Made by a program: the position numbers and the translations under genes | Shown here: in pieces, positions 9,692 through 19,426 of the stretch | How positions within the stretch are numbered: position 1 is the first letter of the stretch | Layout: each line of letters opens with the position of its first letter | The notes under the pieces: model-generated | Told to the model about the DNA's origin: nothing | The model's database searches: none | What the model saw: the letters and a program-made list of their open reading frames with translations, nothing else | Assembly: GCA_964388745.1 (NCBI GenBank) | Contig: CAYMBP010000004.1 | Span: 7,430 to 71,429 of the forward strand | DNA from: an uncultured Pseudomonadota bacterium | Lineage (GTDB): Bacteria; Babelota; Babeliae; Babelales; RVW-14 | Direction: 5' to 3' | DNA length: 64,000 nt

Positions 9692-10094
9692 TCACAGAGG
9701 ATTTGAGCTTAAAGAAAACATTATCGAGTTCTATAAGAATTATGAATGGATAGATGTTGGTACAGACTCAAGTGAAGTAACCGATTATCCCTTGTATGCC
9801 CAAGCTGTTTGCGCGGCAATTCTTGAAAAAAAAGTTGATAGCGGCATTTTGCTTTGTGGGTCTGGAATTGGGATTTCAATTGCTGCAAATCGCTTTAAAG
9901 GGATATATGCAGCATTGTGCTGGTCTCCAGAAGTTGCTCGCCTTGCTAAAGAAGATGATAATGTTAACGTCTTAGTGTTGCCTGCAGATTTTATCTCATT
10001 ATCGCAAGCAGTTTCCTGTATTGATATTTGGCAAAAGACTGCTTTTAAGGGTGGGCGTTATGCAAAGCGACTTAATTTGATTGATGCTGCTTAG
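9669..10094 (+). CDS. rpiB: ribose-5-phosphate isomerase B
   Basis: The family N-terminus MKICIGSDHRGFELKE starts at the ATG at 9669 (the track ORF begins at 9612). LCGSGIGISIAANR motif present. Confidence 0.85.
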   Translation: MKICIGSDHRGFELKENIIEFYKNYEWIDVGTDSSEVTDYPLYAQAVCAAILEKKVDSGILLCGSGIGISIAANRFKGIYAALCWSPEVARLAKEDDNVNVLVLPADFISLSQAVSCIDIWQKTAFKGGRYAKRLNLIDAA

Positions 10095-11341
10095 GAAGTT
10101 TGGGTCTGTTGCATGCTTCGTACCCTTTGTATAATTTTTTCTGGAGAAAGACTTTTTTCATTTGAAGTCTGAGTGCTGGGTAAAAGTTTTATTTTGGCAA
10201 GTAAACTCATAATGCGTGTATGTTGTTCTATTGGTATATTACTTTGATTAATTGCATGACTAAGCCAGTCAATTAAAATCTCATCAATAATGCGCTGAAG
10301 TTCTTTTTCATATACTTTTACTTGCTGATTATTCAAGTGTGTGAATCGGTTAATTAAAATGCCGCTTTTGGGGTTAAGAAGATAGTTGTTAGACAAAAGT
10401 AGCCGAGCCTGAATAGAGTTCATATTGTGAAGAAGATGCGGTTGGGTGCGGTACATTTCTAGTGCCATAGAAAGTATGAACTTATCATTAAAGAGGGAAC
10501 TAATAACTTGTTGACATGAAAGGGGAGAGAGCTCTTGATAATAAAGACGATCTGCCTGATCTCGAAAGCACCATGCATTATAAAATGGAGTTCCATAAGA
10601 AAAGCTTTTGTAGCCAATGTGGTCAATAATTGATTTAGGAATAAGAATCTGAAAAAGAGTGCCTTGATCATAATGCGTTTTTTCAACAAGTTCGTTAAGT
10701 TTATTTATGTAGTGATTGGGAAGTCCAAATGAAGTGCAAATTTTATTAAGTAATGAGAAAGAGACGTCATGTTCACTATGATTTTTCAAATAATAGTTAT
10801 ATGTTGACTCGCCAGGTATGTCAAAATTCCCAAAAGGAGATAAGTTTGCAGAGAGCAAGAAAAGAAAAACATCAGACTCCATATCGTTAATGTGCTGCTT
10901 TTCTTTTAATTTTTTATTTAAAAAATCTTTAATGTTCGTATATTGAGAAAAAATAGGATCGTCAAAGCGCAAAAAAGTAAATTGTTTACCAAAAGAGGTA
11001 ACTTCAAAAAACTCCTTAAGCCACTTATAGATATCTTGAATAATGCGATATTTTCCCTGTTGAGCATGATATAGCTCATAATGACTATGGCTGTGCATAC
11101 GGGCACTTTTGGCCATTTCTTGAATGATTGGATCTTCATATGGATTAAGCCCAAAGCGAGTATGAATTTCATTGCCAAATTTATTGATGTGTGCATCAAT
11201 TTGTGTATTGTGAAATGTGGCAAAAAGCCCTTGTGTGAAAAAAAGAAAAGCTGCTGAAGTAATACCTATAAAAGATATGTGTCTATCTGACATTATAACC
11301 TCCATCATAATGATCAATTTACATAATAAATACTTATTCAT
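10091..11341 (-). CDS. hypothetical secreted protein
   Basis: 416-aa ORF with the N-terminal hydrophobic segment ISFIGITSAAFLFFTQGLFA. No family motif recognised. Confidence 0.5.
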   Translation of the reverse strand: MNKYLLCKLIIMMEVIMSDRHISFIGITSAAFLFFTQGLFATFHNTQIDAHINKFGNEIHTRFGLNPYEDPIIQEMAKSARMHSHSHYELYHAQQGKYRIIQDIYKWLKEFFEVTSFGKQFTFLRFDDPIFSQYTNIKDFLNKKLKEKQHINDMESDVFLFLLSANLSPFGNFDIPGESTYNYYLKNHSEHDVSFSLLNKICTSFGLPNHYINKLNELVEKTHYDQGTLFQILIPKSIIDHIGYKSFSYGTPFYNAWCFRDQADRLYYQELSPLSCQQVISSLFNDKFILSMALEMYRTQPHLLHNMNSIQARLLLSNNYLLNPKSGILINRFTHLNNQQVKVYEKELQRIIDEILIDWLSHAINQSNIPIEQHTRIMSLLAKIKLLPSTQTSNEKSLSPEKIIQRVRSMQQTQTS

Positions 11342-11400
11342 TGTAACATAGGTATAAAATGATGAAAGTGCCTTTTAAATAGGGTCTTTACCTCTATAAA

Positions 11401-11429
11401 AGAAGGAATAGCTGCTTAATTCCTTTTTT
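11401..11429 (+). promoter_or_regulatory. terminator-like hairpin inside the ileS 5' leader (possible attenuator)
   Basis: Stem AAGGAAT (11403..11409) / ATTCCTT (11419..11425), followed by a T-run to 11429. No + strand gene lies upstream. A second hairpin is GATCTTTT (11477..11484) / AAAAGATC (11499..11506). Confidence 0.35.
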
Positions 11430-11552
11430 ATGGCGCTTTTAGCTTGCTTGTGTAAACTAGGAGAAGGCTTAAAGTAGATCTTTTATAAGGCAAAAGTAAA
11501 AAGATCCGCTTTAAATGAAAATAATATTGTATATACGTTTATCTGCAGGACT

Positions 11553-14495
11553 GTGATTATGAGCGATAAATCATCAAAAAACCCATATCAAAATACACTA
11601 AATCTTCCTACAACTACTTTTTCAATTAGGGCAAATGCAGCAGAAAAGGAGCCTGAAATTTTATCCTTTTGGAAAGAGCATAGTATTGCGCGTAAAGTTG
11701 TTGAAAGTAATAAAAAACAACCAACTTTTTTATTACATGATGGACCTCCATATGCCAATGGCCCCATTCATATTGGTCATGCATTAAATAAAACGCTTAA
11801 GGATGTAGTAGGAAAATCAAAACGAATGGCAGGATATCATGTACCATTTGTTTGTGGATGGGATTGTCATGGTTTGCCTATTGAGCTCAAAGTTGCAGCT
11901 CAACAAAAAGAAGAGGGTGATAATCGATCATTAAAGTCTCGTTGTCGAGCATATGCGCAAAAATGGATTGATCATCAAAAGCAAGAATTTGAAGATCTTG
12001 GTGTTTTTGCAGATGAAAAATATTACAGTACCATGTCATTTGAGTATGAAGCTGCAACAGTGAAAGCTTTAGCAAGTTTTGTACAACAAGGGTTTATTGA
12101 GCGGAAAGGAAAAACTGTACCATGGTGTGCTTCTTGTCAGACAGTGCTTGCTGTTGCCGAGATTGAGTATCAAGATCGCAAGGATCCTTCTTGTTATGTC
12201 AGGTTTGAATTAACGCTTGATGATGCTCAAATGCTTTTTCCTCTGTTGTTTGAACGAGAGCAAGAGTTAACAATAAGCTTGCTTGCTTGGACAACAACAC
12301 CATGGACTTTGCCACTGAATAGAGCTATTGTATTAAATCCTTCTGCTGAATATGTTTTACTCAAAGAGGCAGATTCTACGCATGCTGTTATCATTGCTGC
12401 TGATTTAGTAGAAGCACTTGCTCAATCAACGGGAAAAGAGTTAACAGAACTCTGTCGTCTTGACTCACTTCTTTTTCAAGGAAAATTCGTTAAGCATGCG
12501 ATTGATGAGAGCCTTATGGTTCCAATATTACTTGATGATGCTGTTTTAGTCGGTGAGGGGACTGCAGTGCTGCATACTGCACCTGGATGTGGACCTGACG
12601 ATTATCATTTAGCATTGAAACATGGTATTGAAATTTTTTCTCCGCTTTCAGCAGATGGATGCTATACTACAGGTATTCAACCAGAAGAACTCGTCGGAAT
12701 GAAGGTGGCAGATGGGCAATGGTGGGTACTCAAGAGACTTAAAGAGCGGGGGCTCTTATTTCATAAGGGTTCTATAAAGCACTCCTACCCTCATTGTTGG
12801 CGGTGTCATCAGGGTTTGATGTTTCGAGCTACGGATCAATGGTTTTGTGATTTGCAAAAAAATGGATTAGTTGAAAAGGCCTTAAAGCAAATTGGTGAAG
12901 CAACGTTTATTCCAGAATGGGGAAAGACGCGTCTTAAATCATTTGTAAGTAATCGTTATGAGTGGTGTATTTCTCGGCAACGTTCTTGGGGCGTTCCTAT
13001 TCCTGCGCTTATGTGTTCTCATTGTTCATGGACTTACATGAATCATCATTTTATAGAGTCTGTTGCTCAAGGGATTGAGAAAGAAGGTATTGAGTATTGG
13101 GATCATGTAACGCTTGAAGAGCTTAAAAAGGCTGGAGCGTTACCAAGTGATTTTTCCTGTGACCAGTGCCAGGAGAGTGAACTTACATCTTTTATTAAAG
13201 AAAAAGATACCCTTGATGTTTGGTTTGACTCTGGAGTGAGTCATTATGCTGTGCTCAATGAACAATTTGGCTTAACTTGGCCTGCAGATTTATATCTTGA
13301 AGGATCTGATCAGCATCGTGGTTGGTTTCAAAGCTCTCTGTTATGCGGGATGGTATTGTTTGGCAAAGCACCTTACAAGTCGGTTTTAACTCATGGCTAT
13401 GTGCTCAATGAAGATAAGCGAAAAATGTCCAAATCATTGGGAAATGTTATTGCTCCGCAAAATGTAATTGCAAAGTTAAGCCGAGATATTTTACGCCTAT
13501 GGGCTGTGACTGTTGACTATGAGCATGACGTAGTTATTTCTGAAAAGTTATTAAATAATGTTGCTGAAGTATATCGCAAATTAAGAAACACCGCACGATT
13601 TTTACTTTCAAATTTATATGACTTTAATGTTGAGCAGAATGCGGTTAATGTTAGTCGTATGAGTTTTCTTGATCAGTTAACTCTTGCTCGTTTATATGAG
13701 ATAAATCGTCAGGTTAAAAAAGCGTATGAAGAATATAATTTTGCAGCTGTTGTTCAGTTGCTTAATAATTACTGTGTTAAAGAGCTAAGTGCGTTGTATC
13801 TTGATATTGTTAAAGATCGACTCTACTGTGATAAACAAAATGGGGAGTCTCGTAAAGCTGCCCAAACCGTGTTGTTTGCTATTCTTGATACACTTGTTCG
13901 TTTGATGGCACCGATTACTTCATTTACCGCTGAAGAGATCTTTCAATCATATCGATCTGAAGGTTTGCCAGAGTCAGTTCATTTGTTATGGTTCAGCTCT
14001 GATGTTGATATTTGGGAACATTGTATGTACAAATTTTCTCATCTAAAAACCACTGCAATGATAAAGGAAGAAGATATATCTTTAGGAACAACAACGCGAG
14101 AACTCATGCTGATGGTGCAAGAGAAGTTAGATGATCTGAGAGGGTCTGTGCTTAAATCCCTTGAAAAGATCCGTGAGAAGGGAACAATCAAGCATTCGCT
14201 TGAAGCGAGTGTTGCTTTATATTTATCTGATAATGAGCCGGCAGTTAAGTTATTAAAAGAAATTCATGAGACTTATCAGCTAGGGTCACTTGAAGACTTT
14301 TTGAAGGACTGGTTTATTGTCTCTTCTGTTAAGCTTGTTGGGGTACAAGAAGGGCTAGAGGCAACTGAGCTTGATTGGTGTATGCTATTGACCAATCATG
14401 CGCAAGGAATCAAATGCCCTCGCTGTTGGCAATGGAGTGAAAATGCTGATGCTGAAAAACAGCTTTGTCAGCGGTGTTGTGAGGTCGTAAAATAG
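11553..14495 (+). CDS. ileS: isoleucyl-tRNA synthetase
   Basis: 980 aa with HDGPPYANGPIHIGHALNK (HIGH), KMSKSLGN and a C-terminal Cys cluster CPRCWQW...CQRCC. The track start is GTG at 11553; the ATG at 11559 with AGGA 8 nt upstream is an equally likely start. Confidence 0.95.
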   Translation: MIMSDKSSKNPYQNTLNLPTTTFSIRANAAEKEPEILSFWKEHSIARKVVESNKKQPTFLLHDGPPYANGPIHIGHALNKTLKDVVGKSKRMAGYHVPFVCGWDCHGLPIELKVAAQQKEEGDNRSLKSRCRAYAQKWIDHQKQEFEDLGVFADEKYYSTMSFEYEAATVKALASFVQQGFIERKGKTVPWCASCQTVLAVAEIEYQDRKDPSCYVRFELTLDDAQMLFPLLFEREQELTISLLAWTTTPWTLPLNRAIVLNPSAEYVLLKEADSTHAVIIAADLVEALAQSTGKELTELCRLDSLLFQGKFVKHAIDESLMVPILLDDAVLVGEGTAVLHTAPGCGPDDYHLALKHGIEIFSPLSADGCYTTGIQPEELVGMKVADGQWWVLKRLKERGLLFHKGSIKHSYPHCWRCHQGLMFRATDQWFCDLQKNGLVEKALKQIGEATFIPEWGKTRLKSFVSNRYEWCISRQRSWGVPIPALMCSHCSWTYMNHHFIESVAQGIEKEGIEYWDHVTLEELKKAGALPSDFSCDQCQESELTSFIKEKDTLDVWFDSGVSHYAVLNEQFGLTWPADLYLEGSDQHRGWFQSSLLCGMVLFGKAPYKSVLTHGYVLNEDKRKMSKSLGNVIAPQNVIAKLSRDILRLWAVTVDYEHDVVISEKLLNNVAEVYRKLRNTARFLLSNLYDFNVEQNAVNVSRMSFLDQLTLARLYEINRQVKKAYEEYNFAAVVQLLNNYCVKELSALYLDIVKDRLYCDKQNGESRKAAQTVLFAILDTLVRLMAPITSFTAEEIFQSYRSEGLPESVHLLWFSSDVDIWEHCMYKFSHLKTTAMIKEEDISLGTTTRELMLMVQEKLDDLRGSVLKSLEKIREKGTIKHSLEASVALYLSDNEPAVKLLKEIHETYQLGSLEDFLKDWFIVSSVKLVGVQEGLEATELDWCMLLTNHAQGIKCPRCWQWSENADAEKQLCQRCCEVVK

Positions 14496-14503
14496 TTCAA
14501 TTT

Positions 14504-15868
14504 TTACAATTTTTTCTTCAAGGCTGTCAGTTGGTCTTTTAATTTTTCAAGATTGGTTTTAAGCCCATTGAGTTTTTGACTAAGTGATTTTATATTATTT
14601 TCGAGCGCCTCTTGTCGTACAGTAATGTGCTGTGGAGTAAGAGGCGCTGCCATTTGTGCTGCTTTTTTGCTTGGTGGCAGCAGTGTTGCTCGTTTGTATA
14701 AAAGAATATAAGGGGTCCCTATTTCTTTTTCTTGTGCAGCAATGGCTTTAATTTCAGATTTCCCTGAGTATTCAGTAACGAAATCATCGTTAAATTTGCG
14801 CCATACTTCGTCGGGTCCTTGTCCGTAGGCCCAGTAGTGTCCACCCGTAAGATCTCCTTTGTGGCAGATGATAGCGGAGAGATTGTAGGGGATATATTCT
14901 TCGGATTGAAGGTAGTGGCCAAGGTTAATTATTAAAGGAAAATTAACAGGAGTATTGTTTTTTATTAATGTGGATCCAGTTATTTGAAAACGTTTTAAGC
15001 TGATAATAACATAATCTGAAATGCTGGAGAGGTAGGCCTTTCTTGAGAGTCGGTTCTTACTAGCAACAAGGGGATAGTATACTTTTTCTGGTTGTCCTTT
15101 ATTTTTTTTCTTCAAATTTAATGCTTTAAGTTCTTGTTTGAATTGTTCTATATGATCTTTGTAAACATAGTATTTCTCTTTCTCCTGATGATCGCAAATG
15201 CCAACATCAATTTTACCTAAAGATGTAATGTCAATAAACATTGTTGAAAAATAGGCTTTTAAAAGTGCCTCTAAGTTTTTTTCTATTTTATCAGGAATTT
15301 CTAGGGTAAGTATTGAACTGGACTCAGTTTTAAAACTTGATGTTCCGCAGTTTCCACATATTGTTTCAAATGTTTCTTCAAAGAATAGTATTTCTTTAAT
15401 TTGATTATTGTATTGAGTGAGGTAATCAATAAATTTATTTAAAAATTCATGGGCATCTTCTTGTCTGCCTTCAAAAAAAAGAGGTTTCTTTTCCCAATCA
15501 ACTAGCAATTTAAGCGCAAGAGCCTGCAGTTTTTTCACCTGATTATCTCGTACATCCTTTCTTGCTGATGATTTTACTAAGGGGTCTTCTAGGTGTTTAA
15601 TTCTGAGGTGATTATTAACAAGGTTTACATAGGTTTCAATGAGTTGGTCTGTAATTTGTTGACTGAGCTCTTCAGTCAGGTGTTCAATATTTGATAAGAG
15701 TTGTATTGAAGAGTTAAAATAGCAGCTATTACCGCAATTGAGCATGCCGTATTGTCGAGGAGATTTATCCCCAGCACCTCTTAATGACCAGAAACCTACG
15801 ATAAGAAAGCCTAAAAATTTACTCAGTTTCTTGAATTTTTGGCATTTCACAATCTGGACATTTGCCAT
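14504..15868 (-). CDS. USP/UBP-type (peptidase C19-like) deubiquitinase-like cysteine protease with C-terminal coiled coil
   Basis: Cys box GMLNCGNSCYFNSSIQLL. His box YNLSAIICHKGDLTGGHYWAY followed by FNDDFV. Own AAGGA Shine-Dalgarno lies inside the upstream gene. N-terminal hydrophobic FLGFLIVGFW. Confidence 0.8.
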   Translation of the reverse strand: MANVQIVKCQKFKKLSKFLGFLIVGFWSLRGAGDKSPRQYGMLNCGNSCYFNSSIQLLSNIEHLTEELSQQITDQLIETYVNLVNNHLRIKHLEDPLVKSSARKDVRDNQVKKLQALALKLLVDWEKKPLFFEGRQEDAHEFLNKFIDYLTQYNNQIKEILFFEETFETICGNCGTSSFKTESSSILTLEIPDKIEKNLEALLKAYFSTMFIDITSLGKIDVGICDHQEKEKYYVYKDHIEQFKQELKALNLKKKNKGQPEKVYYPLVASKNRLSRKAYLSSISDYVIISLKRFQITGSTLIKNNTPVNFPLIINLGHYLQSEEYIPYNLSAIICHKGDLTGGHYWAYGQGPDEVWRKFNDDFVTEYSGKSEIKAIAAQEKEIGTPYILLYKRATLLPPSKKAAQMAAPLTPQHITVRQEALENNIKSLSQKLNGLKTNLEKLKDQLTALKKKL

Positions 15869-16913
15869 ATCTCATTCCTTGATAATAATAATGCTTGCCA
15901 CTCTTTTTGAATAAACATGTTTTATGTACAACATGGCCACACCGATAAGTTCTTTTGTTAAAATAAGATCGTCGAGGAATGCTTTTGGTACATATTGCGC
16001 ATATATTTGATTGTTGCTCCTTATAGTCTTTGATTGTATCAAGAGTAACATGGTACACTAAGTTTTCAGAGATAGGGGCTTTTCCATCAGGCTGGTGTAA
16101 AATGTTTTTGATAATTGTATGAAGCAGTTTTTCTCGTTCTTGAGGAGGAATTCCTTGCTCTCTAATCTCTTCTTGAATGGCGATGCGAGCTGATTCAATT
16201 GACTCAAAAAAGAATTCACTTTTCTTTATTTTATTTCTTGAGCGCTTTGAGCGTGAAAGGCGCTTTTTTTCTCTAAGAGCTTCTTGTTCTGTTTTGTGAG
16301 CAAACTCATGAATGCTTTGGTCTGTTGCTGGATCTATGTTTTTAAGCCGATTAATAGCGTTATTAATGATAATTTTAATATTTCGAGAGCTGAGGGCTGG
16401 ATGGCCTGAAGTAAGCATTCGTTGATGAGCAAAAATATCTTCTTTAATTGATTTGTACAAGCTTCTTTTATAGGTGCGGATGAGTTCTGGTGATTCAATC
16501 TTCATATTGTCCATAATATATTGAGTAAGTGCAAATGATATTGCTTGACGAGCATATGGTACAAGAAACATCTCTTTTGGAGCACCTTTTTGATAATTGT
16601 GTGGAAAAGTAAGAAAAAGGTATTGCTTAAGCTGTTTTTTGATTTTTTTTACTTTTTTAGGAGTAAGTCGAGGTCCATAGTGTAAGAGCATCAGGCCAGT
16701 TTTATGAAGAAGGGCTTGTTGTGTAGTAGTTTCAATCTCTATATTAAATTCTTTGATAATAGTATTGGTATAAATTTTTATTTGTTTGAATGCATCTTGA
16801 AGACTTACCCTATTGTATAACCATGGATTTAAGTTACTCTGTACAGGCCAAAGAACCATCGGTGTATCAAGAATAATGAATGCTATAAGAATCAAGCATA
16901 TTTTTTTTATCAT
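15819..16913 (-). CDS. RING-H2 finger protein (E3 ubiquitin ligase-like) with N-terminal signal/TM segment
   Basis: The C-terminus reads C-x2-C-x16-C-x1-H-x2-H-x2-C-x18-C-x2-C (CAIC...CGHVVHKTC...CPDC), the canonical C3H2C3 RING spacing. GGAG Shine-Dalgarno 8 nt upstream. The 3' end overlaps the USP-like gene by 50 nt. Confidence 0.75.
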   Translation of the reverse strand: MIKKICLILIAFIILDTPMVLWPVQSNLNPWLYNRVSLQDAFKQIKIYTNTIIKEFNIEIETTTQQALLHKTGLMLLHYGPRLTPKKVKKIKKQLKQYLFLTFPHNYQKGAPKEMFLVPYARQAISFALTQYIMDNMKIESPELIRTYKRSLYKSIKEDIFAHQRMLTSGHPALSSRNIKIIINNAINRLKNIDPATDQSIHEFAHKTEQEALREKKRLSRSKRSRNKIKKSEFFFESIESARIAIQEEIREQGIPPQEREKLLHTIIKNILHQPDGKAPISENLVYHVTLDTIKDYKEQQSNICAICTKSIPRRSYFNKRTYRCGHVVHKTCLFKKSGKHYYYQGMRYGKCPDCEMPKIQETE

Positions 16914-16984
16914 TGTTTTTCTCCGTGAATTTCTTAATAAGACTGAAATAAGGGTAGCGATATACTTTTATGCTCGTTGTTCAC

Positions 16985-17512
16985 CTACTGTCGAAGCTGA
17001 CTGTTTGTACTTTCAGCTGCTGCAAGAAGACGATCAATTTCTCGTAAAATATTTTGCATTTGATCAAATGCTGTTTTGACTTGAGTGTGGAGTACTTGAG
17101 CTCGTGTGATTTCAGCATTTGTCCGAGCCTCTTTTTTTGCATTCATTACAGCATTCATAATTTCAGTCATATTTTTTTCGGTAAATGCACGAGTATCACT
17201 AAATAATTGTTGTGATTTTTTAAGATTTTCAAGTGCAACATTCATTCGTTCATCTAGAAGTCTTTTTTCATTGATTAATGTTGTTATTTGTCGTTGCATT
17301 TCAATTGCTTGTGTGCGCGCAAGGTTAACAGCACTTTGAACTTTTGGCAGCTGCTGGGATTTTTGCTCAGCATTACGATATGATATAATCGCTTTTTCTT
17401 CTTGAGACTTCCATTCTTCTTTTTTTTGGCTATGAAGTGAAACATGAAAGCCTGAAATAAAAATAACAAAGAAGAGCATTCTCTCTTTGTCTGTTATTAT
17501 AAGATTCTTCAT
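16985..17512 (-). CDS. hypothetical secreted coiled-coil protein
   Basis: 175 aa. N-terminal MLFFVIFISGFHVSLHS; the rest is heptad-like and Gln/Glu/Lys-rich. Confidence 0.5.
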   Translation of the reverse strand: MKNLIITDKERMLFFVIFISGFHVSLHSQKKEEWKSQEEKAIISYRNAEQKSQQLPKVQSAVNLARTQAIEMQRQITTLINEKRLLDERMNVALENLKKSQQLFSDTRAFTEKNMTEIMNAVMNAKKEARTNAEITRAQVLHTQVKTAFDQMQNILREIDRLLAAAESTNSQLRQ

Positions 17513-17653
17513 AGACTGACTCCCCTTATTACAATAATTTTATTCTATTTATTTCATTATATTTTCTTAATTGTAATTTATTGCCTTAAGAAAAGTCAAT
17601 CAATTAATCATATATGAAATTTTTTATTCAGTTTTTAGTGGTGACAGAGAGGG

Positions 17654-18556
17654 TTAGAGGTCAGACTCATTGTTATAAAAAGCCTCTTCTTGCTCTACTG
17701 CATTAAGAAGCTTCTCTTTAGCTTTTTTAAGTTGCTTTTCTCCGTCAGTGCGTAGGAATTTTTTGATTTGATCAAGGTTTGCAACTTGTTGCTTGTAGGG
17801 GTTTTTGAGAATGGGGAAATATTTGTTCACGCAGACCTTCTCATTTTTTTGTAAAAATATAAGTAGATCTTTAATTGAATAGAATTTTTTTAAGTCTAGT
17901 TGTTCTATAGGTAAAGTTGTTTGTGTGTTGAGAATGGCAAGGTTAACGTCAAAAAGATAATCAGTAGCTTTAAGCTCTGCTAACAATTGTTTAAGGTGGG
18001 TATAATCTTTTTCTGGATATCGAAAAGTAAAGCTATCAATCTTCATTTCCATTTTTTTTATAAAAGCTGTGTCGTTTATTTTTAATTGGTTGCGTTGTTT
18101 ATACAGAAATTCAATTTGTCCTTCATATTGTTTAGAATAAAAGCTTAAAAAGTTTTTAATACGGTTTAAAATTTTTGCTCGTGTATTATCAGTTGGTAAA
18201 AGTTGTATTTCTTTATTATTAATTAAAACGTATGCTTTTGATGCAACCTCACCCACGAGATTTTCGGTTATATTAGCAGATCTATTTTGAATAGTAACGA
18301 GAACAGCAGGGGCTCGCTCTCGTTCTTCCATGGTACTTAATTTTGTTTTTTTCATAGACTGGAGAAGAATATTTACTCCAGCTGAAAAATCGCCTTCTGT
18401 ATAGAGTTTGTTGAGGTCTTGTAAGTTATTTCGACTTGCACTATTTATTGTATCCATGTAATGACTAGACCATGACTTAAACTCAGCAAAGCAAAAAGGA
18501 GTAAATGTAATAAAGCTGCAATAGATAATTATTTTTGTGGTATAAAAAGGCTTCAT
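17654..18556 (-). CDS. hypothetical secreted protein
   Basis: 300 aa with the N-terminal signal-like IIIYCSFITFTPFCFA. No family motif recognised. Confidence 0.5.
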   Translation of the reverse strand: MKPFYTTKIIIYCSFITFTPFCFAEFKSWSSHYMDTINSASRNNLQDLNKLYTEGDFSAGVNILLQSMKKTKLSTMEERERAPAVLVTIQNRSANITENLVGEVASKAYVLINNKEIQLLPTDNTRAKILNRIKNFLSFYSKQYEGQIEFLYKQRNQLKINDTAFIKKMEMKIDSFTFRYPEKDYTHLKQLLAELKATDYLFDVNLAILNTQTTLPIEQLDLKKFYSIKDLLIFLQKNEKVCVNKYFPILKNPYKQQVANLDQIKKFLRTDGEKQLKKAKEKLLNAVEQEEAFYNNESDL

Positions 18557-18585
18557 CTCCTACTCCTTCACATTACTACGAACGA

Positions 18586-19404
18586 CTATTGTTCATTTTT
18601 TTGCTGTTTTAAGTACTTATTTTTTATTTTTTTCATGGCAGGAACAAGGTGCTCTTTAATATATTGTTTTGCATGTGCAAGTGTAATGGTTTTTTGGGTA
18701 TCAAGATTTTTAAGGGCCTGAACTATATCTTTTTTATATAGGCCTTGATAGGGAGTCTGCTCCTTACCTATAACAAGAGCTTTTTTTAAGTCATTAACTG
18801 AATAGCTTGCGGTATTTGGAGCATCTTCTTTACTTATTTTAAAAGTCTCTTTTGCAATATTGAGAGGGGTGATGCGGATAGATTGCATGATCTTTTTTTT
18901 TTGTGTACGTAATGCCGCAAGTTTTTTTGCATCTAATTTGTTAATTTTTTCAATTTCATTTAGATTATTTTGATGATTTTTTTCAAGTTCTGTTTTTATT
19001 TTATCTGTAAGTTTGTTATATGCTTTTATATTGTTTCCAAGGATAGTTTTGCGATAGATGTTTCTCATTTTAGATAAAGTAAAAAGAGGCTCTTCATTAT
19101 TTTGAGGTGAAAAAACAATTATTTTTTCATTATTATTAAAGTTTTTAGGAAAAAGCTCTGAGCGTTGTTGTTGAAGGTCTTTGATGGATACGGTATTTTT
19201 TCTTTTTTTAGTATTTTTTCTTTTTTTTGCTTTTTTCTTTTTTTTTCTATTTAACTTCTTTTTTGCTTTTTCAAGTGTTGTTTCTTCTTCATTATTAATG
19301 TAATCATCAATCCCATCAGCTTGAAGTTGAGTTAGGGGTAAGGCCGTTTGTGTGCAAGTGAAAAGTATAAAAGCAATTAGATAGTGCTTGAATTGTTTAT
19401 TCAT
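18586..19404 (-). CDS. hypothetical secreted Lys-rich protein with NLS-like basic tract
   Basis: 272 aa. Signal-like YLIAFILFTCTQTALPL, then KKKLNRKKKKKAKKRKNTKKRKNT. The coding strand contains A10, A9 and A8 homopolymers. Confidence 0.5.
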   Translation of the reverse strand: MNKQFKHYLIAFILFTCTQTALPLTQLQADGIDDYINNEEETTLEKAKKKLNRKKKKKAKKRKNTKKRKNTVSIKDLQQQRSELFPKNFNNNEKIIVFSPQNNEEPLFTLSKMRNIYRKTILGNNIKAYNKLTDKIKTELEKNHQNNLNEIEKINKLDAKKLAALRTQKKKIMQSIRITPLNIAKETFKISKEDAPNTASYSVNDLKKALVIGKEQTPYQGLYKKDIVQALKNLDTQKTITLAHAKQYIKEHLVPAMKKIKNKYLKQQKNEQ

Positions 19405-19426
19405 TTTTTATTCCTTATACATAACA

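Noticed and set aside
11377-11392. T-box motif in the ileS leader (AAATAGGGTCTTTACC)
   Set aside because: It deviates from AAnnnGGGTGGnACCnCG at the central GG and in spacing. The leader is short for Stem I plus an antiterminator. It is kept only as a generic attenuator hypothesis.
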